The notes beneath the pieces are model-generated. The model made no database searches, had not been told where the DNA came from, and saw only the letters and a program-made list of their open reading frames with translations. This document shows positions 51,084 through 64,000 of a DNA stretch of 64,000 nt, piece by piece. The stretch covers positions 930,001 through 994,000 of the forward strand of contig RSEE01000003.1 of the NCBI GenBank assembly GCA_003971905.1, in the 5' to 3' direction. The first letter of the stretch is position 1; every line of letters starts with the position of its first letter. This stretch comes from Moniliella sp. 'wahieum'. Taxonomy: Eukaryota. Position numbers and translations under genes: made by a program.

Positions 51084-52407
51084 CAAGACGCGCACCCACT
51101 TCCAGCACGCGTGGGGACAGGGAGGGCGAGGAGAGGGGGTTGGGCGGGACGCGGGCGCGGCGCACTGCTGGTGCTCAGGCTGAGCACACGGCAGGAAACG
51201 AGGAAGGCAGGAAGGGAGGAAGGAGAGGAGGGGCGAAGGAGGAGAGGAGGAGGAGGAAACAGAAGAAAAGGCGGTGGTGGTGGAGAGACGGGTGACGGTG
51301 TCCGTCGTAGGCTTACTCCCAACGCGTCTGCTGGGCGTCCTGCGCCTTCAAGCTTCAATTGAAGCGTCAACGGGCCGGCAGCGTCACTTATTGGTCACGA
51401 GCCATCACGCTGTCGACATCACCCGTGGCCCCTCGCCCGTCCGAATCACACCCATCATGCATCACACTCCCCCGACACTGCGGCCGCGCCGGGGCTCCAG
51501 CTGCCCCAGCCACAGTCGCCCCGTGCGGACACGGGGCAACCCTACCCCGCCCCGACCCAACGGATCCCCCGCATGCAGCGGGGCCAGTGTGTGCGTCGCC
51601 TCGCCTCCGCCCTCTGCCCGCGTGCGCGTGCCTGGCATGCAGGCTGACGTCACGGCCCCCTGCAGCCAGCACCCCCTCGCAGTGGCCCAGTGTGCGGCGC
51701 CCCCCTGCAGCTCGGGCGGACGCATGACGTGGGGCATGACGTAGGGCCCGCATGGCGCCACCCACGCCCAGCCCAGCCCTGGTGCTTAGGCGCCCGGCTG
51801 AGCTGTCAGGCTGACACCTACGTAAGCCGCGTCATTAAATGGCCGCCGTGTCATTAGCCTTTTCCCTATTACCGGTTACCGGGTACCGGTTAATACCCCC
51901 CGACGGCTGACCTGCCAGCCACACCAGGCCCACCGACGCGCAACGCCTTCAATGTGGTTTTCGGCGATGTTCTTACTCAGCCTCCGACCTATACGTCCTG
52001 TCTACCTCCTTCGTTTCCTTCCCCGCCGCCCCCACACTCCGATTCTACGTCCCAAGACGAGTAGGGGGTCGGTCGCACTGGTAAAGCGGTACGAATGGAA
52101 TCGAATCGGTGTGAATAGCTAGCTCGCTTCGATCGCTTCGCACGTCTCGGGGAGGGAAGGATATACGGATACGGGTGCGGACGGTATGGACAGTGGTGTC
52201 CCAGTCCCAAGTCGAAATGGATGTAGGCGCGTGGATATGGTACAGTTCACAAGGCGGAGGATAGTCACAGAACAAAAACAAAACAAAGGCAAAACTCAGA
52301 GCGTCGATCACAGGAGCAGGGAGACGCGATCAAGAAACGTGGCCGTTCTCACGCCCCACTGCGCTGTATACTACAGCGAAGGGGGGGGGAAGGCGCAGGG
52401 AGGCGCA

Positions 52408-52475
52408 TGGGCGAATGGGCGAATGGGTGAATGGGTGAATGGGTGAATGGGCGAATGGGCGAATGGGGAATGGGG
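52408..52475. repeat. (GAATGGGY)n 8-bp tandem repeat, ~7 copies
   Basis: gggcgaatgggcgaatgggtgaatgggtgaatgggtgaatgggcgaatgggcgaatggggaatgggg. Confidence 0.9.
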
Positions 52476-52562
52476 TCCGTCGAGTCGAGGACCAAGTACC
52501 CAGTAAGAACAAACCCACCAACAAGGGGCCAGGACAAAGTTCCATGGGGGAGAGGAGAGCGT

Positions 52563-53993
52563 CTACTTGTCCTCGGTCACCCTCGTTTCCGACTCAGTGT
52601 CCGAGACGAACGTGTGCCGCAACACGGCGTACCCGCCCTCGAGCGCAGAAGAGTCGGCCGATTCCGGCACCTCCACCTCCTCGACCTCGGCCTGCGCGTC
52701 CATCTCGGTCTCGGACGCTGCGGATGACGCGGGCGCTGGCGATGGCTCCGAAACCGTCTCCTCCGCCTCGGGGGAGAGCGAGAGAACCACCGGGACAAAA
52801 GGGAAGCCCGTCGGGGGTGGGGTGGGGGGGGGTAGGGGATGGCTTGCGGGTCCGAGGGGGGCGCATCCATGGGAACAAAGGGGGCTGCGTCTCTTGGGTC
52901 AACTGGGCATCCAGCTCAGCCAATTCGCGCTGCAGCGCCCCACGACGTTCTTGAGCGGCGGAGCGAGTGAGCGGGGTGAGGGGTGCCGAACCGGAGCTCT
53001 CGCCCGATGCGGTGATGGGTGGAGCGGGAGCAGCGGCAAGGATGCTAGGTAAGGAAGCCGATGCCGTAGCTGCTGGGCTCGGTCCTGCACGTGCCGCCGG
53101 TGCGGTGGGGGCCGTCATGCCACCGAGCGCGGAGCGGGCTTGTTCGGCCATCGAGCTGACCCCGGCCGCGCCGAGCATCGTGCTGGCCTTGTCCATGGCC
53201 GAGGGTGCGTAGGCCCGGACAGCATTCATAAGGGAGGAGCTGGTGCCCAAGAAAGAGGGCTGAGGTTTCCTGCGCAGGCGGGGGGGCTACAAGACAGGTC
53301 AGTCTTCGTGCCGTTGGTTCGGAGGCAGGTTCGGGTTCGGGTTCGGGTCCCAAGGAGACGTACAATGTTCCACAGCGCCTCGCGCGCCTTGTAATACGCT
53401 CCCTGCCCGGCAGTGAGGACCGACTGCTTCAGAGTGGTTCGGGCCTCGACCACAGCTGCGTCAATTTCGCGCTCGTGGTCCGCCAGGAAGGGACCGAGGT
53501 AGGTGGTGTACAGGTAGGCCGCACCCTGGTACGGTACGCAGGCGTCGTCAGCACTTGACACAGAACAGCATGGCACATGGCATCGCCAGGAGGGTACAGA
53601 TACGTACTTGCGTCTGGGGCAAGATAAGCCAAAGGGTGAATGCAAGCTTGCTCTCCTCGTAAAAGGGCATCCTAGCCTAGTGGTCAGTGCCTAGAGTCGG
53701 ATGGGCTGCGCGCGCGGGAGGGGGGACATACCAGCTCCACGACCAGCCGAGGAACATCTCACATGTCTGCACCACTGCGATGACAGACCAGTACATGAGC
53801 CACATCTCGAGCTCAGCTACCTCGGTGGGGGCCTTGCTGGCCTGGACAGGGGTGCGGGGAATGCGCCAGGAGTACTGGGTGGCGGTGGATCCGGGGCGGG
53901 AGGGGCAGTGATGGCCTTGTAGGAGGCATAGAGCGGGTAGACGTAGGCCGCCACCGAGGTCGCGACCACAATGGGGAGGCGGAGCAGTAGCAT
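52563..53993 (-). CDS. REEP/DP1/HVA22-family ER-shaping protein
   Basis: AAYVYPLYASYKAI, ELEMWLMYWSVIA, GAAYLYTTYLGPFLADHEREID; several introns (e.g. 53674-53730). Confidence 0.88.
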
Positions 53994-54705
53994 CGTCGGG
54001 CAGAGCAGCGGCTAGGAGGGGGGGATGTGGTGGGGCAGAGGGGAGAGGGAGAGGAGGGGGGATGGGAGGTGGCAGCGATGCATTATTGACGAGCACTGAC
54101 TGCGTCTTGCCATCGCATCGCAGCAGGCGCAAGGGTGATGCATGATGGATGATAGCCAGCGCTGATGCTGATGCAGCGCTGCTATCTTTTTTGGGGGAGA
54201 CGGCTGGCCAGCCCCCTGTGTGGTCGAAATATTTCAACCCCGCCTGCCCCGCCAGCCCAGAGAAGCACGGGGCCAGTGGTTGAGTGCCCCCTAACCCACC
54301 CCCATCCCTCTTTGTATCATGCCGAGGCCCACCGCATGACCCCAGTCCGATGACCATCACCTACAGGCATCATACACAGGTGGGCGGCATTATCATCATT
54401 CCCCAGAAGGGCAAGTCCCACTGACAGGGCGGCTGTTTACAGCGCATGAGTCAGGACACGACTGTCATGCGGGGGGGTGCGCACCGCCCTGGATCCTTCC
54501 TGTGGGTCTCCAGGTCACCGCAGCGTCGGCCAACCCCTCTTCCCCACCAACGCAGTACCTCGGCTTTCCAAACCAACACACACAACACACACCCCAGGAG
54601 AGACATTACGGTGCAGGCAGAGGGGAGAGAGGCTCTGCTACGCACCAAGCAATTGAAGAAAAACAAACGAACCACACGCTGGAAACGCATATGCTCTAGG
54701 AGAGT

Positions 54706-56079
<1,374 letters not shown>

Positions 56080-56484
56080 TCAGCCGAGGGTCGGAGGTGC
56101 GGCTGGTGGCAAAAAAACCCCGGGGGTGGTGCGAGTGCTGAGAGGGAGTATATAATTGGGGCGCAGCACATGCAGCCCAGAGGGGCAGTGGGCCACCGCC
56201 TGCCCCAGCCACCCGACCCACTTGGTCGCGTGGCCCTCCGCTCGCGGGGCTAGGGTTGCGTGCACGTCCCCTTGGCCGGAAGCATGGTGGTAGCACCTGA
56301 TTTAGCTGGCTGGTCGGCAGCCTGTGGTTGTGTTGGTTTCAAAAAGGAGTCCATCGCCAATCTCGTGACCAATGGCCGGTGATCATGACCGGTGACTGCA
56401 TCGACCAACGGGGTTAATGAGGATGACTATCCCTAGCTACAGAGCGTCGCCCCTCCTTTTCTCCGCTCCTCCCCCCCCGCGCCC

Positions 56485-57298
56485 ATGTCGTCCACCCACA
56501 CGCCCGACTCGGTGCGCGGCCAAGTGTGGCGCCTATCGGCGCCCGCACCCAAGTCGGTGTTGGTAGTCAACCCCAACTCGTCGACGCTCATGACCGAGGG
56601 CATGCGAGCCCTCGCCCCGCCCGGGCAGAGCTTTGTGTACTACACTGCTCCTCCCGACGTGCCGCCGTCGATTGACAATGAGGCGCAGGAGCACCTGTCG
56701 GCCAAAGTGTGCTTTGCCGATCTCACGTCCCAGCCGGGAGCCGGTCTGCTGGCCGAGTCCCAAGCGGTCTTGGTCGCGTGCTTTTCGAATCACCCCCTGG
56801 CGCCCATGCTGCAGGGCGAGGGCCACAGGGCGATCACCATCCTTGACGCCGCTGTCTTGGATGCACTGGAACGCCACGCGCCCTTTGCTGTCATCACTAC
56901 CACCCCCGACTTGGTCGAAGACATTGATGCGGGTGTGAACACGATCCTGAAAAAGTATACCGATACGGCATCGGCTCCGTTTGTCGGCACCCTGCCTACG
57001 GGGCTACGGGCGATTGAACTCAAGACCTTCCCCCGCGACCAGGTTCAGGCCAAGATCAAGCAGGCCGCACACGAGTTGCTGGATCGCGGAGCCAGGTCCT
57101 TGATCCTAGGGTGCAGTGGTACGTATTCGCGCTTCGCGCTTCGTGCTGCACACTTAGGGAAGTGCGAACTGACCTCTCCTCCGTACAGGCATGTCGGGTG
57201 CCGACGAGGCGGTGCAGGCGGCGGCGCGCGAGGCAGAGGTGGATAATGTTGTGGTGGTGGATGGGGTGCGGGCGGGGATGGAGAGGTTGTCCAAGTAA
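56485..57298 (+). CDS. Asp/Glu/hydantoin racemase family (Dcg1/allantoin racemase-like)
   Basis: VLVVNPNSS, VACFSNHPL, LILGCS|GMSG across intron 57119-57188, VVDGVRAG; both catalytic Cys present. Confidence 0.88.
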
Positions 57299-58120
57299 TA
57301 AAGACGGTGATGCGGTGCTTTCATGTGGCTCCTTCTTATCATCTCGGACCCTGGCCTAGATGCTGAGGAGTAGAGCTATTATCTAGGGTGGATGCTGCGT
57401 TTCGCATGGTATGTGGCTTGCATGTCCCTCTGCCCTCTCATTCTGTTGTAGGTAAGAAGAGAGATGCAAGCAAGGGTGTACCGATCCGTTTTGGTAGGAT
57501 CCAGTACATGAGCCGTGCGACCCACACTGAACATGACCGGGGCCCAAAGCAGAGGCACTGGCAGGAGGGGATACAAACAAATGTAAGGGAAGTCTGACAA
57601 TGGTTAGGATGCTGATCTAGCCGTCCTGGTGCCAGGCATCTGGTCCGCAACCCCTTCGGACTCTTTCTCGACCAGTATCTGATTACGTTGATTGCGGTTG
57701 GACGGCACCCTTCTCTGGCACTTGCCCACTTCGCCTCTCAGGCGTCATCTTGCGCCATCCCCCCCAATGTTGACCCGCTGCGGCTTGCAGCTGTGGGGTT
57801 GCCGGTATGGAGCCTGGAGACTTGTGTTGGGCAGGGGTTGCGTACTGGCGCTGATGGCCTGAGGAGGCTCACTTGTGTGGGAGTACGTAGCATGTTCAAA
57901 CCCAACGTACCCAGCGTTGGAGCTGAAGTTGAACGTTCAGACTGGCCATTTGCGTGTTGCAATCCAATTCAGGCGCCCATTCAAGCTCCGCCCGCTTTCA
58001 CGCAGCCCTCTTTTTCATGTATCGCTCCATCCATCAGCTCACGCGCGGGGCACACACTCTCGACTGCGGCGCACACACACACTCGACTTGCCCCCCTCCC
58101 ACCAACACCTCCTCCCCAGC

Positions 58121-61073
58121 ATGTCCACACGGACTTTTCACTCCCTCTCTCAATCCCACCATCGCCTCTACCACCACCTCCTATCCCGACTCGTCCACCA
58201 CCACCACCGACTCGCTCTTGCGCGCTGACCCTCCCGAAGATGAGAGTGTGCCTGCGGCAGCCAACGCAGTCGTCGTAAGGGATGCAGGTGAAGCTGAAAC
58301 TGCAAATGAGAATGCGGTTACGCTGGCTCCGCGCCAAGGATGGACCATCGAGCGTGCGCATGGGTGGGCCGACAAGGCGTCCAAAGGCCTTACCGCCGCC
58401 ACACTTACCCACCAAGCTGGGTTTATCGCTGCCAAGGCCGGGACGAGACTGGGCTTGGAATTGCGCGCTTTGCGACCAAGGCATCGCTTACGCTGCCTGC
58501 CATGGCTGTTGATGCGGCCATGGGGACCGTTCCTGCCAATCCTTGGTCCAGCGATCCCTCCAGTCGTGGGCGGGTCTCCGTGTCAGGCGCTGCAGGGGCC
58601 AGTGTCGACGCTCTGTTCAACTTTGTGGATGCCATTACCCATGGCTCGATTGGCCTGGGGGAAAGCGTGTCTGATATGGGTCTGGCGGCGACCCAGCGCG
58701 GTGTGGAACAGATCAAAACCGCCTTGTCGAGCGATGTGGTGCGCTCCCTAGCCACCTTTCGATTGCTCAAGTGGGTACCCCCTCGCACCGTCCTGCCGCT
58801 TGTTCCCATACTTACTCTCTCCCCTACCTTGCAGATCCGAATGGAACGACACGACCGATGAGCGTCTCCCTCCTGGTGGGCTTCCCGCGTTTGACAATGT
58901 CACCATTGCGCGGGCGCGCGCTCTGTTGGATCTCCATCCAGACCGTCAACCGACCCCAAGTGGAACGTGACATTCTGGCCGAAATGACGTTGGTGCGGCA
59001 AAGCGATTTTAACCGCTCCTCCAGCTCTAAGTCAAGCGAGGAGGTGGAAACCGACATGTCGGAACACGACGTGCGGGCTCTCAGTGCGGCGCACCGGGTT
59101 CAGCGGCTGGTCACGCATGCGCGCCTCATGTTAGCAGTGTACGGAGGCGCATTTATGCTCCTCCTCGACCAACATCCCGATGGGATCCGTACCCTTCCCG
59201 AACAAACCAACGAGGCCGTGTTGTTTGTTCGAGACTGCCTTACCCGTGGAAATGCAGTGTTGGGCCGGACCTACGAGTTGCCACGGTTGCCCGCCGCTGC
59301 AGCCGAGGGGGAAAGCTACTACACTGACGAGCCCCACGTGACTTTTCTCACCCTTCTTCCTGGAACATGGACGGCATCCCGTACGCGCAACTCCTCCGTG
59401 GCGATTTGGACGACAGTCTTCTGCATGTCGCGGCGGGCGTGGAGGCGTCAAATGCGGTACGAGGGTCGTACGATACCTTGGACAACCCCATGGTGGAAAT
59501 TGCCCCGGAAGACTTGGACCAAGAAGCCGAGCTGGATGCAACCATGGGCGCCGATGGTGTGCCGACGACAACCAGTCGTCCACGGTACTATGTTATCACC
59601 AGCGACCATAGCCGCAAGATCACCCTTGTTCTTCGTGGCACCGTCACCGCGGGCGACGTGGCGACCGACTTGACCTGTTGTGCGGTACCGGCCTCCCGCT
59701 TGGGCTCTCACCTCCCGCCCAACTCGAAAGCGCACGAGGGCGTGCTCAATACGGCCTTGGCGCTCGGTCTGCCCGGACGGCCATTGCATGCAGCGGTGTG
59801 GAAACAGCTCCAAGCCCATCCCGACTACGACATTGAGTTGGTGGGCCACTCGCTCGGGGCAGCGGTGGTGGCGGCCCTGAGTGTTCTCTGGGGCGATCCA
59901 AGCACGGGCAAGACGCTGCTCTCGATCGAGCGGGCAGGGCGGCACGTGGTTGCTCCTATTCCCGGCGCAACCGAGGCGGCGATCCGTACGCGCTCGATCC
60001 ATGCGTTCGCCTACGCTTGCCCACCTACTTTTGATCCTGTCTTGGCCGAGTACTGCAAACCGATTGTTACGGCGTTTGTGTGCAACCACGACCTTGTGCC
60101 GCGCCTGAGCCACGAATCGGTTCTGAGCATTCGCAACGCCATTGCCTGGATCAGTTATTGGGACACGGAGGCTAACCGCCCGGCCCAACCGACATCTGTC
60201 CAACCCACCCCGGAACCCATCGTCACTGAGCCCGACGATGCCCAGTCGTTCGATGGTTCCATCGCATCGACAGTCTCTCCCTCGGTGGAGCAAGACGGAG
60301 GATGCTCCCACCTCGACGAGCGGAGCGACTCCTGCGGTAGCCACCTGTCCCGTGGCCAACTTTAGCACCCTGACCCTCCTGCGCCAAACGTTGGAACACC
60401 AAAGCGGCCGCCTTGGTGGCCCCCTTACCAAGGCACGAGTGGAATTTGAAAAGTCGACACGCACCCTCTACAATGCGCTGCGCACCAAGGCCCCCGTTCC
60501 TCAACTCGTCATTCCCGGCCGCGTGTTTGCTGCGTACGATCGAAACGCGCTGCTTATCCCGCCCGACAGCTTTGCTGCCTCGCCCACCGAAACCTTGCCG
60601 GCCACATCCGCCACCTCGGCCGCGTCCGCCACCCGCCCGCATCGGTGCAGGCTCGCATCTACGAAGTGACAGGCGATCGTTCCAACGCGTTTGGTCAAAT
60701 CCTCTTTGGCTCGGGCATGCTCGAAGCCCACTTTCCTCGGGTGTATGCACGTGTGCTGACGCAGCTGTTGGACGTGACGCGCACTGCTTCCCCTCCCGCT
60801 TCCGCCTCCGCTTCGGCTGCGGCCTCTTCATCCCCCTCCTTGGACCCTGCCCACGCCACGGCGATACCGGCCTCCGCCGCTGCTACAGCGCCAGAGCCCG
60901 ACCTCTCCTCGGCCCTGGAAACCGCGACGGCACTGGCTACTGCCGGTGCCGCCCAGGCCGATTGGGAACGGAAACGGGAACGGGAACGGGAACGGGATGC
61001 GAGTCCCGAGGACCAGTTCCATGACGCTGTGGCCGTGCTGGATTCCGAAGTGACGGTAAGCGGACTGGCGTGA
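58121..61073 (+). CDS. Class 3 lipase (alpha/beta hydrolase)
   Basis: ITLVLRGT...DVATDL, AHEGV, nucleophile elbow LVGHSLGA, AFAYACP, HDLVPRLS and late GMLEAHFP; intron ~58775-58834. Confidence 0.85.
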
Positions 61074-62194
61074 AGGGTGAAGGTTCAAGGTTCAAGGTTT
61101 ATGTTCATGGCTGAACCAACGTTGAACGGTTGATTGCCCTTTTAACCTTGAAGGTTGAAGCTCTTGAAGCTTGGCTAGGGACTTGGGCTCCCATTTTGTT
61201 TGTTTGTTTGTTTGTTTTATTGGGGGACAGGATCGCACTCCATTGCCCTGTCCCCCATGCTGCTCTGCTGGTTTGATACCTCCCTTTTTTGATGCGATAC
61301 CTCACCCTCTTTTTGTGACGAGTGAAGATGGAAATGATGTGCAGATGCACTGACTGGCGACGACCTGTTGGCTCGAGTCTGATCCTTATAAGACTCCATA
61401 GGGTACAGGGTACAAAAGAAAGCTGGGACAAAAACAGAAGTATAGTTGCGCGCGTTCAACAGAAAGGTGAGACGTACGGGGCAAGGCCACCCATATAAAC
61501 GACGCAGTCTTGGCCTGGGGAGAGGCTGTACGGCGTTGTGGAGGTTGTCGCTGCTCAGATTGGCCTCGGCATAGTGCTTGAGCACACAGAGGCTGTTTTA
61601 TTGAGCGGCGGCGCCAACACGTGGCTCTCGTCTTTTTCTGTGGGACGGGGGGGAAGCCTTTCTGCTTGGCGCTGGCGGCGAGGTTGGGCTTGAGATCGGG
61701 TCGCGCTGGATTCCAAAGAAAGAAGCCAGGATGATGGCGATAGTGATGGACATGGTTAGAATGGGCCGCTCAATGAACGTATTCTCAAGAGGGATATTCG
61801 GGTGCGATCGACTTGCACAACCCGAAGATCTCAGACCAGCAACACAACCAACACCTGGTCCTGAAATGTTCAACGGTGCGTTGCCCCCCGTTGCTGCTCT
61901 GTGCCTGGGTTCAACGTCAGCGAGTCAGCGTTCTTCCCGATTGAGTTTAACTCTCCTGTGGCGACCAGCAACCACGCAACCCCCCCAGAGACACCCCTTC
62001 ACTCCATGCTGGCATCTACGGCTGTCTAACCTTCGTCCCATAGTCCTACCTTTGCATGGTCTACAGCAAAAGTTGAGGTCGAGGCCGAGAAGAACGGGCG
62101 TGATTGGGGGGTGGCCCAAGATGCAAGTGCGAATGAAAGGTCGTAAGACAGGGACTGGTCCAAACAAAAACACCAACCAGGAGGCGCAGGCAAG

Positions 62195-64000
62195 TCAAAG
62201 GCCGTAGCGAGAAGCGAGCCGCTCGGCAATCAGGGGTGGGTACTGCTGCTTGCTGGCCTCCCAGTCAGCGGGACCAATCATCTGTTTGAATCCGTTGAGT
62301 ATCTGGAGCGAGACAAGAGAAGCAGAGTCAGTCGTCCGATCCTAGGACGCATCACTCAGGGAAACCAAAACCAAAAACAAAACAACAGCGCGGGAAGGAG
62401 AAATACGCACCCTGATGAAGTGGTCGTTAAGTTCCGTGCTGGGCGTTTGCCAACGCACAACGGCCATGCAAAAGTAGCCAAATGACTTGGAGATGGCATT
62501 GGGATTGAGCTCGACCATACGGCAAAAGCCACGGAAGGCCGAGTCCTTCTCTTCGTTGTCCCGAATATCCCATAACGAGGTGCACCACGCTTGGGCAAAC
62601 ATCTCGAGATGTGGCGCCACCACTTGGGGCGCCACTAAGCCCAACCGACCTAGCGTGACCGCCGCATTCTCTGTGAGAGACTTGCTGGTCCGGCCGAGCA
62701 GAAGCGGGACAAGCCGCTGGACCAGAGGTAAGATCCACGGCTTCAGCTTGTCCTCGCCTAGTTGAAGTGCGATTTCGCCTACGGCCCAGACGGCATTGTT
62801 GCACACTTGAACCGTCTCTTCTTGCGACGCCAGCTCGATTTGCCGCACCATCTCAGGCAAAATGTAGGGGAGGGAGGGCGCCAGCTGGGGGAAGGCAAAG
62901 ATGGCCAGGTCACCCAACAGCGCATACGCAGATTGACGAACGTTGCTTTCAGCCACTTGGAGACACCGCACCAGAAGCGGCATCAGGTTGTGCGATGGGT
63001 CTCCTACCAAGGGCTGCGCTTGCGCCTGCAGGCCTTGCAACAGACCCGACAACAGGTCGAGCGACGTGACGACCAAGTCGCGCTCATCCCATTCCAGTTC
63101 CACCTCCGCTCCCTCGTACCTCTGCAGCACGTCCGCCACCATCTTCACACAGCGAGCGTAGACGGTAGGAGCGTACTGGCCAAAGCCCGTTCCGGACGCG
63201 ATCGCCACCGACGACAAGCATTCCAGCAGGGGGATCAAGTCCAAGTCGTCGTCATCCAGTTGGGAATAGCGGTCCATCAGGACAGGCAAGAATGCCTGCA
63301 GATGCTCGGCACGGTTCAGCTCGGCACCAACCGCATCGGCCAGGACGCAGATGGCGTCATACAGGACCAACAGATTCTTCTGTTGGTACGTGCGAAAGGC
63401 TTGGGCCAAGGTGTGCAGGACGGGTTCGAGGTAAGGGACGATTGCTTGGCCTGCTTCCTCTACAAGGGTGGCAAAGGCACTGCAGCCAGCTTCTTGCACC
63501 CTCTTGACATTGTCCAGAGTCCGGCCCAGTAAGCCTTCCAACACGGGCGCAAAATACGCGGCCAAATGCTCGGGCGAAGCATCGATGACATACCACCGCG
63601 AGTACCGGCCAAGGGTCCAACAGGTAATGGAGCGGACCAACGACTTGCTGTCAGAGAGGGTAGTGAGGAGGAGTGGGACGAGGGCAGCAAGGTGCGGGAC
63701 CATCCCGCCGAAAGCGCCTTCGGCCACCGCGCCCAGCGCCAGCAACGCCACTTCCCTCTGCAGCCAGTCTTCACTAAACAGGCGTTCTTTCAACAGTGGT
63801 AAAAACGGTTCCAACAACGATTCTCCAAATCGGACCGCCAAAACGTCCAAGGTGGCCGCGCTGCATTTGCGCAGGTTCCACCGCTGGGCTTCTTCTTCAT
63901 CGAGATCCTCCAGATCATCTTCGTCCCATTGGTCGTCGTCGTCATCGTCATCGTCGTCATTAGCAAAGCGCGCATCGATGGCTGCGCGAGAGCGCGCTTG
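62195..64000 (-). CDS. KAP104: Karyopherin-beta2/transportin, 3' part; 5' end outside window
   Basis: Acidic loop then WNLRKCSAATLDVLA, VRSITCWTLGRYS, KRVQEAGCSAFATL, VRQSAYALLGDLA, NNAVWAVGEI, ENAAVTLGRLG, IRDNEEKDSAFRG; last exon ILNGFKQMIG...RYGL* after an intron near 62303-62411. Confidence 0.95.

Noticed and set aside
61598..61753. Small minus-strand ORF MSITIAIILASFFG... between the lipase and KAP104
   Set aside because: About 50 aa with a short hydrophobic start and no recognisable family; cannot be supported without expression data.

Overview
High-GC eukaryotic fungal genomic DNA, inferred to be a basidiomycete; the low intron density suggests Ustilaginomycotina-like. Introns are short GT...CTRAC...AG. 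Most of the longer genes show frameshifts, most likely uncorrected long-read indels, so gene boundaries are approximate. Gene order: fungal transcription factor (3' part), TRS130/TRAPPC10, LDB17/SPIN90-like, putative REC114-like meiotic protein, PDR-type ABCG transporter, a ~7.7 kb gene-free interval, Pex24/29-family peroxin, Pmp3 proteolipid, PXB+DUF3818 protein, bacterial-type (YahK/AdhC-like) zinc alcohol dehydrogenase, valyl-tRNA synthetase, DUF4504 protein, PSY2/PP4R3, REEP/HVA22 protein, PEP4, Dcg1-like racemase, class-3 lipase and transportin KAP104 (3' part). The most unusual signal is non-coding. Intergenic regions carry short period-7 tandem arrays built from an A-NNNN-T hexamer palindrome plus one spacer base, and the inner palindrome changes from array to array (AAGCTT, AACGTT, ATGCAT, ACATGT, ACGCGT, AGTACT, AGGCCT, AGCGCT, ACCGGT). 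The gene-free interval also holds a lower-GC decayed island and two inverted homologous relics of an unknown protein family. No tRNA, rRNA or CRISPR array was recognised.
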